Positions 1 to 8,815 of a DNA stretch of 32,000 bases are shown piece by piece. The position numbers and the translations under genes are program-made. Position 1 is the first letter of the stretch, and the number at the start of each line of letters is the position of its first letter. A model generated the notes under the pieces. That model was given only the letters and a program-made list of their open reading frames with translations, was not told the origin of the DNA and searched no databases. Source of the stretch: Halorhodospira halophila SL1 (GTDB taxonomy: Bacteria > Pseudomonadota > Gammaproteobacteria > Nitrococcales > Halorhodospiraceae); NCBI RefSeq assembly GCF_000015585.1, contig NC_008789.1:2220001-2252000 (forward strand). The letters are read 5' to 3'.

Positions 1-142
1 GGAGTACTTCGCCGAACTGGAAGCGCCGAAGATGCCGCGCAAGCCGCGCAACGGCGGCGGCCCGAGGCGCTCCGGCGGCGGCCAGAGCGGCCGCTCTTCG
101 TCGTCGCGGCGGCGCAGTGGCGGTGCACGGACGTCGCGCTGA
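1..142 (+). CDS. 3' end of an upstream CDS with an Arg/Gly/Ser-rich basic tail (possibly a DEAD-box RNA helicase C-terminus)
   Basis: Frame 2 is open from the window edge to TGA at 140-142. It translates to ...EYFAELEAPKMPRKPRNGGGPRRSGGGQSGRSSSSRRRSGGARTSR*. RG-rich tails are typical of RhlE-type helicases, but the catalytic part lies outside the window. Confidence 0.3.
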   Translation, partial: EYFAELEAPKMPRKPRNGGGPRRSGGGQSGRSSSSRRRSGGARTSR

Positions 143-230
143 GGGCATCTATCTGGTCTCGCCCTGCCGGGGCGTGTCATAGTCAGAGCCACACGGCCGC
201 CCCCGGGGCAGACAAGGCGATCGGGAGACC

Positions 231-665
231 ATGTACGACTTCCTCAGCTACCGCGTAAGCGACTACATGACCGCCGAGCCGAAGACAGTGGGGCACGACA
301 CCCCGCTGCGCGAGCTCCAGCGGCTGTTCGACGGCCACGACTTCAACGGCGTCCCGGTGGTCGACGAACAGGGCCAGCTCCTCGGGCTGGCCACCAAGCT
401 CGACCTGCTCAAGGCGTTCACCTTCACCCCGGACGCCATGGTGCCGCGCTACGACGCCATCATGGAGCGCCCGGTCCACGAAGTCATGACCCGCGAGCCG
501 ATCACGGTGGCACCGGACCTGCCCCTGACCCGCGTCCTCCAGCGCATGGTGGACATGCGCACCAAGGGCTTCCCGGTGGTCGATGACAGCAGCCGCGTGG
601 TCGGCGTGATCGCCCGCGAGGACCTGCTCGGCGCCCTGCGGGACGCCACCCGCGGCACCGGCTAG
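231..665 (+). CDS. CBS-pair domain protein (144 aa, stand-alone)
   Basis: ATG preceded by GGGAGA. There are two CBS-like modules (DYMTAEPKTVGHDTPLREL...GVPVVDEQGQLLGLATKLDLL and EVMTREPITVAPDLPLTRVLQRM...GFPVVDDSSRVVGVIAREDLL). Confidence 0.85.
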   Translation: MYDFLSYRVSDYMTAEPKTVGHDTPLRELQRLFDGHDFNGVPVVDEQGQLLGLATKLDLLKAFTFTPDAMVPRYDAIMERPVHEVMTREPITVAPDLPLTRVLQRMVDMRTKGFPVVDDSSRVVGVIAREDLLGALRDATRGTG

Positions 666-685
666 GCAACAGAGGCCAGCACCCC

Positions 686-1591
686 ATGAACCCGTCTACC
701 CTGGTCGGCATCATCGGCGGGTTGATCCTGGTCGGCTCGGTGCTGTTCATCGCCGCCGAAGAGGCCCTGGTCTTCCTCAACCTCCCCGGCCTGGCGATCG
801 TCCTCGGCGGCACCCTGGCCGCCACCTTCCTCGCCTACCCCATGGACGAGGTGCTGCGCGTCTTCCGTCTGGTGTGGATCGTCATCCGCAACGAGCGCGT
901 CTACACCCGCGACGACATGGAAGAGCTGATCCGCATCTCGCAGCTCTGGTTCAAGGGCGACGTGCGGGCCGTGGAGGACGCACTGGAGAACGTGGCCAAC
1001 CCGTTCCTGCGCACCGGGGTGCAGCTGCTCATCGACCTGACCCCGGAAGAGGACATCCTCGACCTGCTGCAGTGGCGCATCCAGCGGCTGCGCGCCAAGG
1101 AACACGCCGAGGCGCAGATCTTCCGGGTCATGGCGTCCTTCGCGCCGGCCTTCGGCATGATCGGCACCCTGGTGGGGCTGATCAACATGATGTTCATCCT
1201 CGACGACGGCGATATCGCCCAGATCGGCCAGCAGATGGGTGTGGCGCTGCTCACCACCTTCTACGGCATCCTGCTCGCCAATCTGGTGCTCAAACCCGTC
1301 GCAGTGAAGCTTGAGCGGCGCACCGAACAACGCCTGGTGACCCTGAACATGATCCTCCAGGGCATCTCGCTGATGTGCCAGAAGCGCAACCCGACCCTGA
1401 TGCGGGAGACGCTCCACTCGTTCATCGCCCAGTATAAGGACGAGATCCGCGATCCGGACCTGATCCGACAACTGGAGGAAACCAGCCAGCGGGCGGCGGC
1501 CGCCGCTGGATCGCCCTCCGGCGGCCAGGGCGGCGGCAGTTCGGAGGCGCGCGCCGGCGGCGGAGACCGCCCCACCGGCGCCGAGCGCTAA
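686..1591 (+). CDS. MotA/PomA-family ion-channel stator subunit (MotA/TolQ/ExbB superfamily), 301 aa with a Gly/Ala/Ser low-complexity C-tail
   Basis: Two N-terminal TM segments, a long cytoplasmic loop, and then PomA/MotA-like signatures: NPFLRTGVQLLID, FAPAFGMIGTLVGLINMM (TM3 with Pro) and ALLTTFYGILLANLVLKPVAVKL (TM4 with Pro). Confidence 0.85.
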   Translation: MNPSTLVGIIGGLILVGSVLFIAAEEALVFLNLPGLAIVLGGTLAATFLAYPMDEVLRVFRLVWIVIRNERVYTRDDMEELIRISQLWFKGDVRAVEDALENVANPFLRTGVQLLIDLTPEEDILDLLQWRIQRLRAKEHAEAQIFRVMASFAPAFGMIGTLVGLINMMFILDDGDIAQIGQQMGVALLTTFYGILLANLVLKPVAVKLERRTEQRLVTLNMILQGISLMCQKRNPTLMRETLHSFIAQYKDEIRDPDLIRQLEETSQRAAAAAGSPSGGQGGGSSEARAGGGDRPTGAER

Positions 1592-1606
1592 CCCCCGGGG
1601 CACGAC

Positions 1607-2335
1607 GTGGCCGAGCAGACCCCCACCAACCGCCGCACCCGACAGTTCAACCGGCAAGTCCAGCCGGAGGGTGAGAAGGACGACGACAACAGCTGGCTGC
1701 TGGTCTACCTCGACGTCATCACCCTGCTGCTGATCGTCTTCGTCATCCTCCTCGCCTTGCTCGAGCCCGAGGAAGACGACGACCGGGAGGGTCTCGGCGA
1801 CGGCATCCTCGAGGGGCGCGAGCACATCCTCGAGGGCGAGCCCAGCGTGCTCGAGGGACTGCCAGAGCCGTTGGATGAGGCCGACCCGGTCGAGGTCCCC
1901 GCAGAACTCGAAGAGGCCGGGATCCAGGCCGTCGGCGAGGAGGAGACCCTCACCTTCCGGCTCGACGACGCGGTGCTCTTCGAGACCGGCCGGGCCGAAC
2001 TCCAGGCCGAAGGCCAGGCGGCCATCGACGAACTGATCCCCATCTTCCAGGCCACCGGTGTGCGCCTGTCGGTGGAAGGGCATACCGACAACATCCCCAT
2101 CGCCACCGGGCAGTTCCCGTCCAACTGGGAGCTCTCTTCGGCGCGGGCCAGTGCCGTGCTGCGCTACCTCGAGGAGCAGGGCCTCGATCCGCGCCGCATG
2201 CGCGCCATCGGTTACGGCGACATCCGCCCCATCGCCGACAACGAGACCGCCGAGGGGCGCGCCGAGAACCGCCGGGTGGAGATCACCCTGCACTTCGGCA
2301 CCGACAGCCCGCCGGAGGATCTGCCGCTGCCGTAG
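1607..2335 (+). CDS. MotB/PomB-like stator subunit with C-terminal OmpA-type peptidoglycan-binding domain, 242 aa
   Basis: GTG start 15 nt after the MotA-like stop. Single TM segment WLLVYLDVITLLLIVFVILLAL carries the conserved channel Asp (D36). OmpA-like C-terminus: FETGRAEL...VEGHTDNIPI...SNWELSSARASAVLRYL...GYGDIRPIADNETAEGRAENRRVEI. Confidence 0.85.
   Translation: MAEQTPTNRRTRQFNRQVQPEGEKDDDNSWLLVYLDVITLLLIVFVILLALLEPEEDDDREGLGDGILEGREHILEGEPSVLEGLPEPLDEADPVEVPAELEEAGIQAVGEEETLTFRLDDAVLFETGRAELQAEGQAAIDELIPIFQATGVRLSVEGHTDNIPIATGQFPSNWELSSARASAVLRYLEEQGLDPRRMRAIGYGDIRPIADNETAEGRAENRRVEITLHFGTDSPPEDLPLP
1805..1867 (+). repeat. Three in-frame tandem 21-nt units (7-aa units ILEGREH / ILEGEPS / VLEGLPE) inside the MotB-like linker
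   Basis: CTCGAG recurs at 1808, 1829 and 1850, an exact 21-nt period. The first 11 nt of units 1 and 2 are identical (atcctcgaggg). A further CTCGAG lies at 1760. Confidence 0.8.
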
Positions 2336-2359
2336 GCAAGCGGCCGCACACCGGCGATA

Positions 2360-2386
2360 CTGGACCCTGGAGACCGACTGGAGACC
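2360..2386 (+). repeat. Direct repeats CTGGACC-CTGGAGACC-GA-CTGGAGACC upstream of the rhomboid gene
   Basis: Read directly from the sequence: ctggacc (2360-2366), ctggagacc (2367-2375), ga, ctggagacc (2378-2386). The last copy ends 11 nt before the ATG at 2398, and each copy carries a GGAG Shine-Dalgarno-like core. Confidence 0.7.
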
Positions 2387-2397
2387 CGAGCCCCGAG

Positions 2398-3078
2398 ATG
2401 GACAACGCTGGCCCGCCCACCCTGTCGAACTTCCCGCCGGTCATCGGCTTCCTGCTGACGGCGAACATCCTGATCTTCCTGCTGCAGATGGTGATCGGGC
2501 CGCATCTGCTGATCACCGCCTTCGGACTCTGGCCCCTGACCGGAGGACTGGATCTGCCTCCGACCATGGGGCCGGTCCCCGACTTCCAGATCTGGCAGCT
2601 GCTCACGTACGGCTTCCTGCACGGCGGGCTGCTGCACCTGTTCGTGAACCTGTTCGCCATGTGGATCCTCGGCGTGCACCTGGAGCACGCCTGGGGCTCG
2701 CGGACCTTCGCCCTCTACTTCTTCATTTGCGTCATCGGCGCCGGGCTGGTGCAACTGTTCGTCGCCACCCAGGCCGCCGCCGACGGCCAGATCTACCCCA
2801 CTGTCGGCGCCTCGGGCGGGGTCTTCGGCATCCTGCTGGCCTTCGGCATGATGTTCCCCAACTACCGGCTGATGCTCCTCATCCCGCCGATCCCCATCAA
2901 GGCGAAGTACTTCGTCATCGCCTACGGCGCCTTCGAGCTGTTCGCCGGCATCACCGGAACGGTGGCGGGCATCGCTCACTTCGCCCACCTGGGCGGAATG
3001 GTGGTCGGCTTCCTGCTGATTCAGTACTGGCGCGGCAAGCTGCCGATCAAGCCCCGCTACCAGCGCTTCTACTGGTAG
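2398..3078 (+). CDS. Rhomboid-family intramembrane serine protease (226 aa)
   Basis: Multi-TM protein with rhomboid motifs: HGGLLHLFVNLFAMW, catalytic GASGGVFG (GxSG), and catalytic His in AHFAHLGGMVVG. Confidence 0.85.
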   Translation: MDNAGPPTLSNFPPVIGFLLTANILIFLLQMVIGPHLLITAFGLWPLTGGLDLPPTMGPVPDFQIWQLLTYGFLHGGLLHLFVNLFAMWILGVHLEHAWGSRTFALYFFICVIGAGLVQLFVATQAAADGQIYPTVGASGGVFGILLAFGMMFPNYRLMLLIPPIPIKAKYFVIAYGAFELFAGITGTVAGIAHFAHLGGMVVGFLLIQYWRGKLPIKPRYQRFYW

Positions 3079-3152
3079 CCCCTTCCCCCGGCGGGGCCAA
3101 CCGGTCTACGCTGACCCTTCGCTTCAGGGACGAAGCCGAAGGAGCAACCACC

Positions 3153-4313
3153 ATGGACGACGATCGCGCCACGGTCCGCCTCGTGGACCGTCTTCTTGCC
3201 GACGCCGTGCGGCGTCGGGCCTCGGATATCCACCTGCAACCGGAGGCCGACCGGGTGCGCGTGCGCCTGCGCATCGACGGCCTGCTGCGCGAGGCCGAAG
3301 GGCCACCGCCGGGCCTGCGCGGACGGGTTGCGGCACGCATCAAACTGCTGGCGGGGATGGACGTCGCCGAGCAACGCCTGCCCCAGGACGGCCGGCTGGA
3401 GGCCCGGGACGGCGACGGGCAGCGGGTGCAGTTCCGCGTCGCCAGCTGCCCGGGCGTCCACGGCGAGAAACTGGTCCTGCGCCTGATCGAGCAGGACGCC
3501 CCGGCCACCCTCGACGCCCTGGACCTCCCCGGCCCGGCCCGGGCGGCACTGGAGTCGGCCCTCGACCGCCCCGACGGACTGATCCTGGTCACCGGCCCCA
3601 CCGGCTCCGGCAAGACCGCGACCCTGCACGCCGCCCTGCGGCGGCTGAACACCCCCGAGCGCAACATCTGCGCCGTGGAGGATCCCGTGGAAATGGACAC
3701 CCCCGGGGTCAACCAGGTGGCCGTGAACCGCCGCGCCGGTATCGACTTCGCCCAGGCCCTGCGCGCCTTCCTGCGCCAGGATCCGGACGTGATCATGATC
3801 GGCGAGATCCGCGACGCCGAGACCGCCGCCATCGCCGTCAAGGCGGCCCAGACCGGCCACTTGGTCCTCTCAACCCTGCATACACGCAGCGCGCCGGGCG
3901 CGGTGGAGCGCCTGGCGCAGATGGGTCTGCCCGGCTACGACCTGGCCTCGAGCCTCTCCCTGGTGGTGGCGCAGCGCCTGGTCCGCCGCCTCTGCCCGGC
4001 CTGCCGCGAGACCAGCAGCGCCGCCGCTCAGCCGGCGGCAGCGGAGCCGGCCGGCGTCTACCACCCCCGCGGGTGCCCGGAGTGCCAGGACGGCTATCGC
4101 GGTCGGCGGGGGGTCTTTCAGGTCATGCCGATGACCGACGCCGTGGCCGATGCCGTCCTGCATGGCCCTTCGGCCCGCGAGATCGAAGCCCGCGCCCGGG
4201 CGGCGGGCATGCCGGATCTCCACGACGCCGGCTGGCCCCTGGTGGAGACCGGCGAGACCAGCGCCGCCGAACTACGCCGCGTCACCCGCGAGGCCGAGCC
4301 GTGGCCCGCCTGA
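3153..4313 (+). CDS. GspE/PilB-class type II secretion / type IV pilus assembly ATPase, short form (386 aa, no N1/MshEN-type N-domain)
   Basis: ATG at 3153 preceded by GAAGGAG. Motifs: ASDIHLQPE, Walker A GPTGSGKT, Asp box AVEDPVE, Walker B/His box DPDVIMIGEIRD...GHLVLSTLHT, tetra-Cys CPAC...CPEC. The upstream part of ORF 2058-4313 is an Arg/Pro-rich out-of-frame read through the motB-like and rhomboid genes. Confidence 0.85.
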   Translation: MDDDRATVRLVDRLLADAVRRRASDIHLQPEADRVRVRLRIDGLLREAEGPPPGLRGRVAARIKLLAGMDVAEQRLPQDGRLEARDGDGQRVQFRVASCPGVHGEKLVLRLIEQDAPATLDALDLPGPARAALESALDRPDGLILVTGPTGSGKTATLHAALRRLNTPERNICAVEDPVEMDTPGVNQVAVNRRAGIDFAQALRAFLRQDPDVIMIGEIRDAETAAIAVKAAQTGHLVLSTLHTRSAPGAVERLAQMGLPGYDLASSLSLVVAQRLVRRLCPACRETSSAAAQPAAAEPAGVYHPRGCPECQDGYRGRRGVFQVMPMTDAVADAVLHGPSAREIEARARAAGMPDLHDAGWPLVETGETSAAELRRVTREAEPWPA

Positions 4314-5491
4314 GCTGGCGGGGCCTCGACGCTGGCGGACGGCGCCTCTCCGGCACCTGCCACGCCGACTCGCCAAGCGCCGTACATCACGCCCTGGCCG
4401 AACAGGGCGTGGCGGTGACCGCCGTCCGGCGGGAGCTATGGCGACCGCGCCGGCGGCAGCCGGGCAGCGCCCGACGCGCCGCCATCCTGCGCCGGCTGGC
4501 CTCGGTCCTGGAGGCTGGGGCGCCGCTGAGCGAGGCGCTGCGGGTCACCGCGGCCCAGGCCCCGGACGCCGCCCTGCGCAACGGTCTGCGCGGGGTGCGC
4601 TACGCGGTCGAGCGCGGCACCGACCTGGCCACCGCCTTCGGCACTGAGTTCCCCGGTCTGCGCCCGGCCCACCGCGCCCTCCTGGCGGCCGGCACCTGGA
4701 CCGGCGACCTGCCCGCGGCCCTGGGCAGTGTCGCCGCCGAGATCGAGCGCGAGGCGGCCATCGTCGCTCAGCTGCGCCGCGCCCTGACCTACCCGGCGGT
4801 GGTCGCCGGCGCCGCCCTGACCCTGATCGCCCTGCTGCTGACCGCCGTGGTCCCGCGTTTCGCCGGGCTGTTCGAGCAGAGCGGTGAGCCGCTGCCCGCC
4901 CCGACGCGGGCCGTCCTGGCTGCTTCGGAGGGGTTCGCCGTGGTGGCGCCGGCGACCCTGCTCCTCGGTCTGGTCACCGGCATCGGGCTGACGGCGGCCC
5001 TGCGCCGTCGCCCCGCCTGGCGCCGGCACGCCGCCGCCGGGCTGGCCCGGATGCCGTGGCTTGGCACTCTGCTCCTGGAGGCCGCCCTCAGTCGCTGGTC
5101 GGCCACCCTGGCACGCCTGCACGGGGCCGGGGTGCCCCTGCTCGACGCCCTGCCCCGCGCCGCGGAGGCGGCCCGCGGGGCCGACCTGGAGCCGCGACTG
5201 GCCCACCTCGGCCAGCGCATTGGCGCCGGCGAATCCCTGGCCGAGGCCCTGCGAAAGAGCCTCCCCGAGTCCCGGGAGATCAGCCAGCTGGTCGCCATCG
5301 GCGAGCGCAGCGGGCGGCTCGAGGAGCTGCTCCACGAGGCCGCTACGCTGCATCAGCAACGCCTCGAGGCCCGCTTGCAGCGCGCCGGCGCGCTGCTCGA
5401 GCCGGCCCTGATCCTGCTCCTCGGGGCGATCACTGCCGGGGTGGTCGCGGCCCTCTACCTGCCCGTCTTCCGCATGGGCGCGACACTCTAA
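4301..5491 (+). CDS. GspF/PilC-family inner-membrane platform protein (about 396 aa)
   Basis: There is no in-frame ATG near the 5' end. GTG at 4301 has GAGG 7 nt upstream and overlaps the ATPase stop by 13 nt. The protein has a duplicated GspF architecture with hydrophobic segments. The second-half motif VAIGERSGRLEELL is intact, while the first-half equivalent LLAAGTWTGDLPAAL is degenerate. The start codon is uncertain. Confidence 0.75.
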   Translation: MARLSWRGLDAGGRRLSGTCHADSPSAVHHALAEQGVAVTAVRRELWRPRRRQPGSARRAAILRRLASVLEAGAPLSEALRVTAAQAPDAALRNGLRGVRYAVERGTDLATAFGTEFPGLRPAHRALLAAGTWTGDLPAALGSVAAEIEREAAIVAQLRRALTYPAVVAGAALTLIALLLTAVVPRFAGLFEQSGEPLPAPTRAVLAASEGFAVVAPATLLLGLVTGIGLTAALRRRPAWRRHAAAGLARMPWLGTLLLEAALSRWSATLARLHGAGVPLLDALPRAAEAARGADLEPRLAHLGQRIGAGESLAEALRKSLPESREISQLVAIGERSGRLEELLHEAATLHQQRLEARLQRAGALLEPALILLLGAITAGVVAALYLPVFRMGATL

Positions 5492-5543
5492 CCCCGCCCC
5501 CCCTACAATGGGCGCCCACCACCCAGCGCAGGCGCGGAGGACC

Positions 5544-6394
<851 letters not shown>

Positions 6395-6398
<4 letters not shown>

Positions 6399-7027
6399 CG
6401 AACCCCCGACGGGTGTGGTGCGTTGGCCTGACCGGCGGGATCGCCAGCGGCAAGAGCACCGTGGCCGAACTCTTTGCCGCTCGCGGCGTACCGGTGATCG
6501 ACACCGACCTGATCGCCCGGGAGGTGGTTCAACCCGGCAGCGAAGGCCTCGGCGCCGTTGTCGAAGTCTTCGGCTCCGGGATACTTACCGCTGCCGGGCG
6601 ACTCGATCGGGCCGCCCTGGGCCGCCGCATCTTCGCCGATGAAGCGGCTCGCCGCACCCTGGAAGGCATCCTCCACCCGCGCATCCGAGGACGGTTACGG
6701 GATAGACTGGGGCGCTTGCGTGCCCCTTATGCCGTCGCAGTGGTACCTTTATTGGTTGAGACGGGCATGGACCGCGATATGGACGCGGTCGTCGTGGTCG
6801 ACCTGCCGTCTGGCTGCCAGCGAGAACGGCTGATGGCCCGAGACGGACTGGGCCCGGAAGCCGCCGAGCAACGACTGGCCACCCAGGCGAACCGTGAGCA
6901 GCGCCTGGCGGCAGCCGACTACGTCATCGACAATAGCCGTGCGCGCGGCGCGTTGGCCGGGCAGGTGGCGGAACTCCACCGTCAACTGCTCGCCCGTGCC
7001 TGCCGCGCACCCCCCGATCAGGAGTGA
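6395..7027 (+). CDS. coaE: Dephospho-CoA kinase
   Basis: ATGA overlap with the pilD stop. Motifs: P-loop GLTGGIASGKSTV and VIDTDLIAREV. The upstream extension of ORF 6122-7027 overlaps pilD and is rejected. Confidence 0.9.
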
Positions 7028-7038
7028 AACGCATCGCG

Positions 7039-7824
7039 ATGAGTGACAAGAACCAGGACTGGGTCGTCTACGAACACCCGCTGAATGAGCGGCTGCGCAC
7101 GCTACTGCGGCTGGAATTCCTGATGGAGACCGCCAGCGCTGCCATGGAGGGCGAGCAGATCGTGGACAGCCGCATGGCGGTGGAGGCGTTCATCCACACG
7201 CTCAACGTCCTCGAGCGGGGCGAGGTGCGCTCGGAGGTCATCAAGGAGCTCGACCGGCTCTCCACCGAGACCGCCTACATGGGCGCCCGCGGCGTGTGGT
7301 CCGCGTCCCGGGTCCAGGAAGAGACCGACCGCTGCCGGCAGCTACTGCGCCGGGTGGGCGAGCCCGACGCTGCCCTGGGGCAGGAGCTGCGCGAGGACGA
7401 GCTGCTGGGGCTGATCACCCAGCGCTTCGGCGTGGGCGCCGGCACCTGCAACTTCGACCTGCCCAGCTACCACCGCTGGCTGAGCCGCCCCTACGACGAG
7501 CGGCGAGCCGACATGCAGCGCTGGTTCGAGAGTTTCGCCGATCTGCGCGCGGCGGTTACGTTCGCGCTGCGCGTGCAGCGGGACGCCGGGGCCTTCGCCG
7601 ACGAGGTGGCCGAAGGCGGCTCCTGGCAGCAGCGGACCCCCTACGACAGCCGGGTCACCCAGATGCTGCGCCTCCAGGCCCCCATGGAGAACGGCGTCAT
7701 CCCCGAGATCAGCGGCAACCGCCACCTGGTCACCATCCGCTTCCTGCGCCAGCCCGACACCCGCAGCCGCCCGGAGCCCGTGGGGGCCGACGTGTCGTTC
7801 CGGCTGGCCCGCTGCACGCTGTAA
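7039..7824 (+). CDS. zapD: Cell division protein ZapD (YacF family)
   Basis: Collinear with E. coli ZapD: YEHPLNERLRTLLRLEFL, LERGEVRSEVIKELDR, CNFDLPSYHRWL, ISGNRHLVTIRFL, C-terminal FRLARC. An alternative GTG start at 7024 overlaps the coaE stop. Confidence 0.9.
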   Translation: MSDKNQDWVVYEHPLNERLRTLLRLEFLMETASAAMEGEQIVDSRMAVEAFIHTLNVLERGEVRSEVIKELDRLSTETAYMGARGVWSASRVQEETDRCRQLLRRVGEPDAALGQELREDELLGLITQRFGVGAGTCNFDLPSYHRWLSRPYDERRADMQRWFESFADLRAAVTFALRVQRDAGAFADEVAEGGSWQQRTPYDSRVTQMLRLQAPMENGVIPEISGNRHLVTIRFLRQPDTRSRPEPVGADVSFRLARCTL

Positions 7825-7835
7825 AACCGCGACCG

Positions 7836-8804
7836 CTATCGGCGGCCCGCCTCCGCCAGCAGGCCGCGGATAGCCGCCACTCCCTGCCCGCCGCAGGCCC
7901 GAGCCCGGTGGATATCCGCCGGGCCCACGCCGCCGAGGGCGTAGACCGGCAGGCGCGCCCCGGCCACCCAGGCGGCGAAACGCTCCCACCCCATGCCGCT
8001 CTGTTCCGGATGGCTGGCCGTCCACTGCACCGGTGACAACAGCGCGAAATCGGCCCCGCAGGCGGCGGCGCGCTCCAGCTCGTCGCCGTTGTGGCAAGAA
8101 GCGCCCACCCACCGCGCCCACCCCGGGCGTTGCGGCCCCTCGGCCAGCACGCGACTGCTCCAGTGCACCCCGTCGGCGCCCACCGCCCGGGCCTGTTCCG
8201 CCGGTCCGTTGGCTAGCAGCCACGCACCGTGGGCGTCACAGCGCCGGCGCAGGGCGCGCCCCAGACGCACCCAGGCCTCCACGTCGAGATCTGGGCGACG
8301 CAGCTGAACCAGGCGCACACCGCGCGCCAGGGCCGCATCCAGTCGGGCCAGCCAGGCATCGGCATCCGCTGGCTCCACGGGGGTGATCAGATACCGGTCG
8401 GGGAGCTGCAGCGAACGGATGATCGGCCAGTTGGCGGCGGGCCAGGCCCGCTCGGCCATCGCCTCGGGGGTGAGCCAGTCCACCGCCTGGCCCTCGCGGC
8501 CGATGGGACGCCCCGTCCACTCGTTCACATCGAGGACGTGGAGCACCACGCGCCGGTGGCCGTAGTCCCACGGCACGCGGATGCGCAGCGCCCCCGGACG
8601 GACACGGATACCCAGCTCCTCGTCCAGCTCGCGGACCAAGGCGTCGGCGACCGACTCACCGGGCTCAATCTTGCCCCCGGGGAACTCCCACAGACCGCCG
8701 TGATCGAGGTGATCCGGCCGGCACTGGACCAGTACGCGCTGGTCTTCGCCGCGGACCACGGCGGCGGCCACGTGGATCGGCGCGGCGGGCGATGCCGTAT
8801 GCAC
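7836..8804 (-). CDS. mutT: Nudix hydrolase (MutT-like 8-oxo-dGTP diphosphatase) fused to a ThiE/TenI-like C-terminal domain
   Basis: Nudix box GGLWEFPGGKIEPGESVADALVRELDEELGI. The C-terminal half is TIM-barrel, ThiE-like (RYLITP...VRLVQLR...ALGGVGPAD). GTG at 8804 has GAGG upstream and avoids overlap with argJ. The ORF-track start at 8873 would overlap the argJ 3' end by 58 nt. Confidence 0.8.
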   Translation of the reverse strand: MHTASPAAPIHVAAAVVRGEDQRVLVQCRPDHLDHGGLWEFPGGKIEPGESVADALVRELDEELGIRVRPGALRIRVPWDYGHRRVVLHVLDVNEWTGRPIGREGQAVDWLTPEAMAERAWPAANWPIIRSLQLPDRYLITPVEPADADAWLARLDAALARGVRLVQLRRPDLDVEAWVRLGRALRRRCDAHGAWLLANGPAEQARAVGADGVHWSSRVLAEGPQRPGWARWVGASCHNGDELERAAACGADFALLSPVQWTASHPEQSGMGWERFAAWVAGARLPVYALGGVGPADIHRARACGGQGVAAIRGLLAEAGRR

Positions 8805-8815
8805 CGGGGCCTCGC

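Noticed and set aside
143-230. Imperfect long hairpin (CTGCCGGGGCGTGT...ACACGGCCGCCCCCGGGGCAG) after the first partial CDS
   Set aside because: It could be a terminator, but the stem has several bulges and no U-tract, and GC-rich imperfect palindromes are frequent in this sequence. The support is not strong enough to call a feature.
662-2293. 543-aa ORF on the minus strand
   Set aside because: It is antisense to the well-supported MotA-like and MotB-like genes. Its composition is a Gly/Asp/Val/Leu mirror of the sense codons, with no recognisable motif. This is a typical high-GC antisense open frame.
686-2335. Zorya-type (ZorAB) anti-phage defence reading of the MotAB-like pair
   Set aside because: The MotA-like protein is 301 aa with no long ZorA-type coiled-coil tail. 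No ZorC/ZorD-like, nuclease or helicase genes follow. The sequence is closest to PomA/MotA proper.
2058-3152. 365-codon N-terminal extension of the PilB-like ORF
   Set aside because: It overlaps the motB-like 3' end and the entire rhomboid gene in another frame and is Arg/Pro/Ala-rich nonsense. A GAAGGAG-ATG start at 3153 coincides with the beginning of homology.
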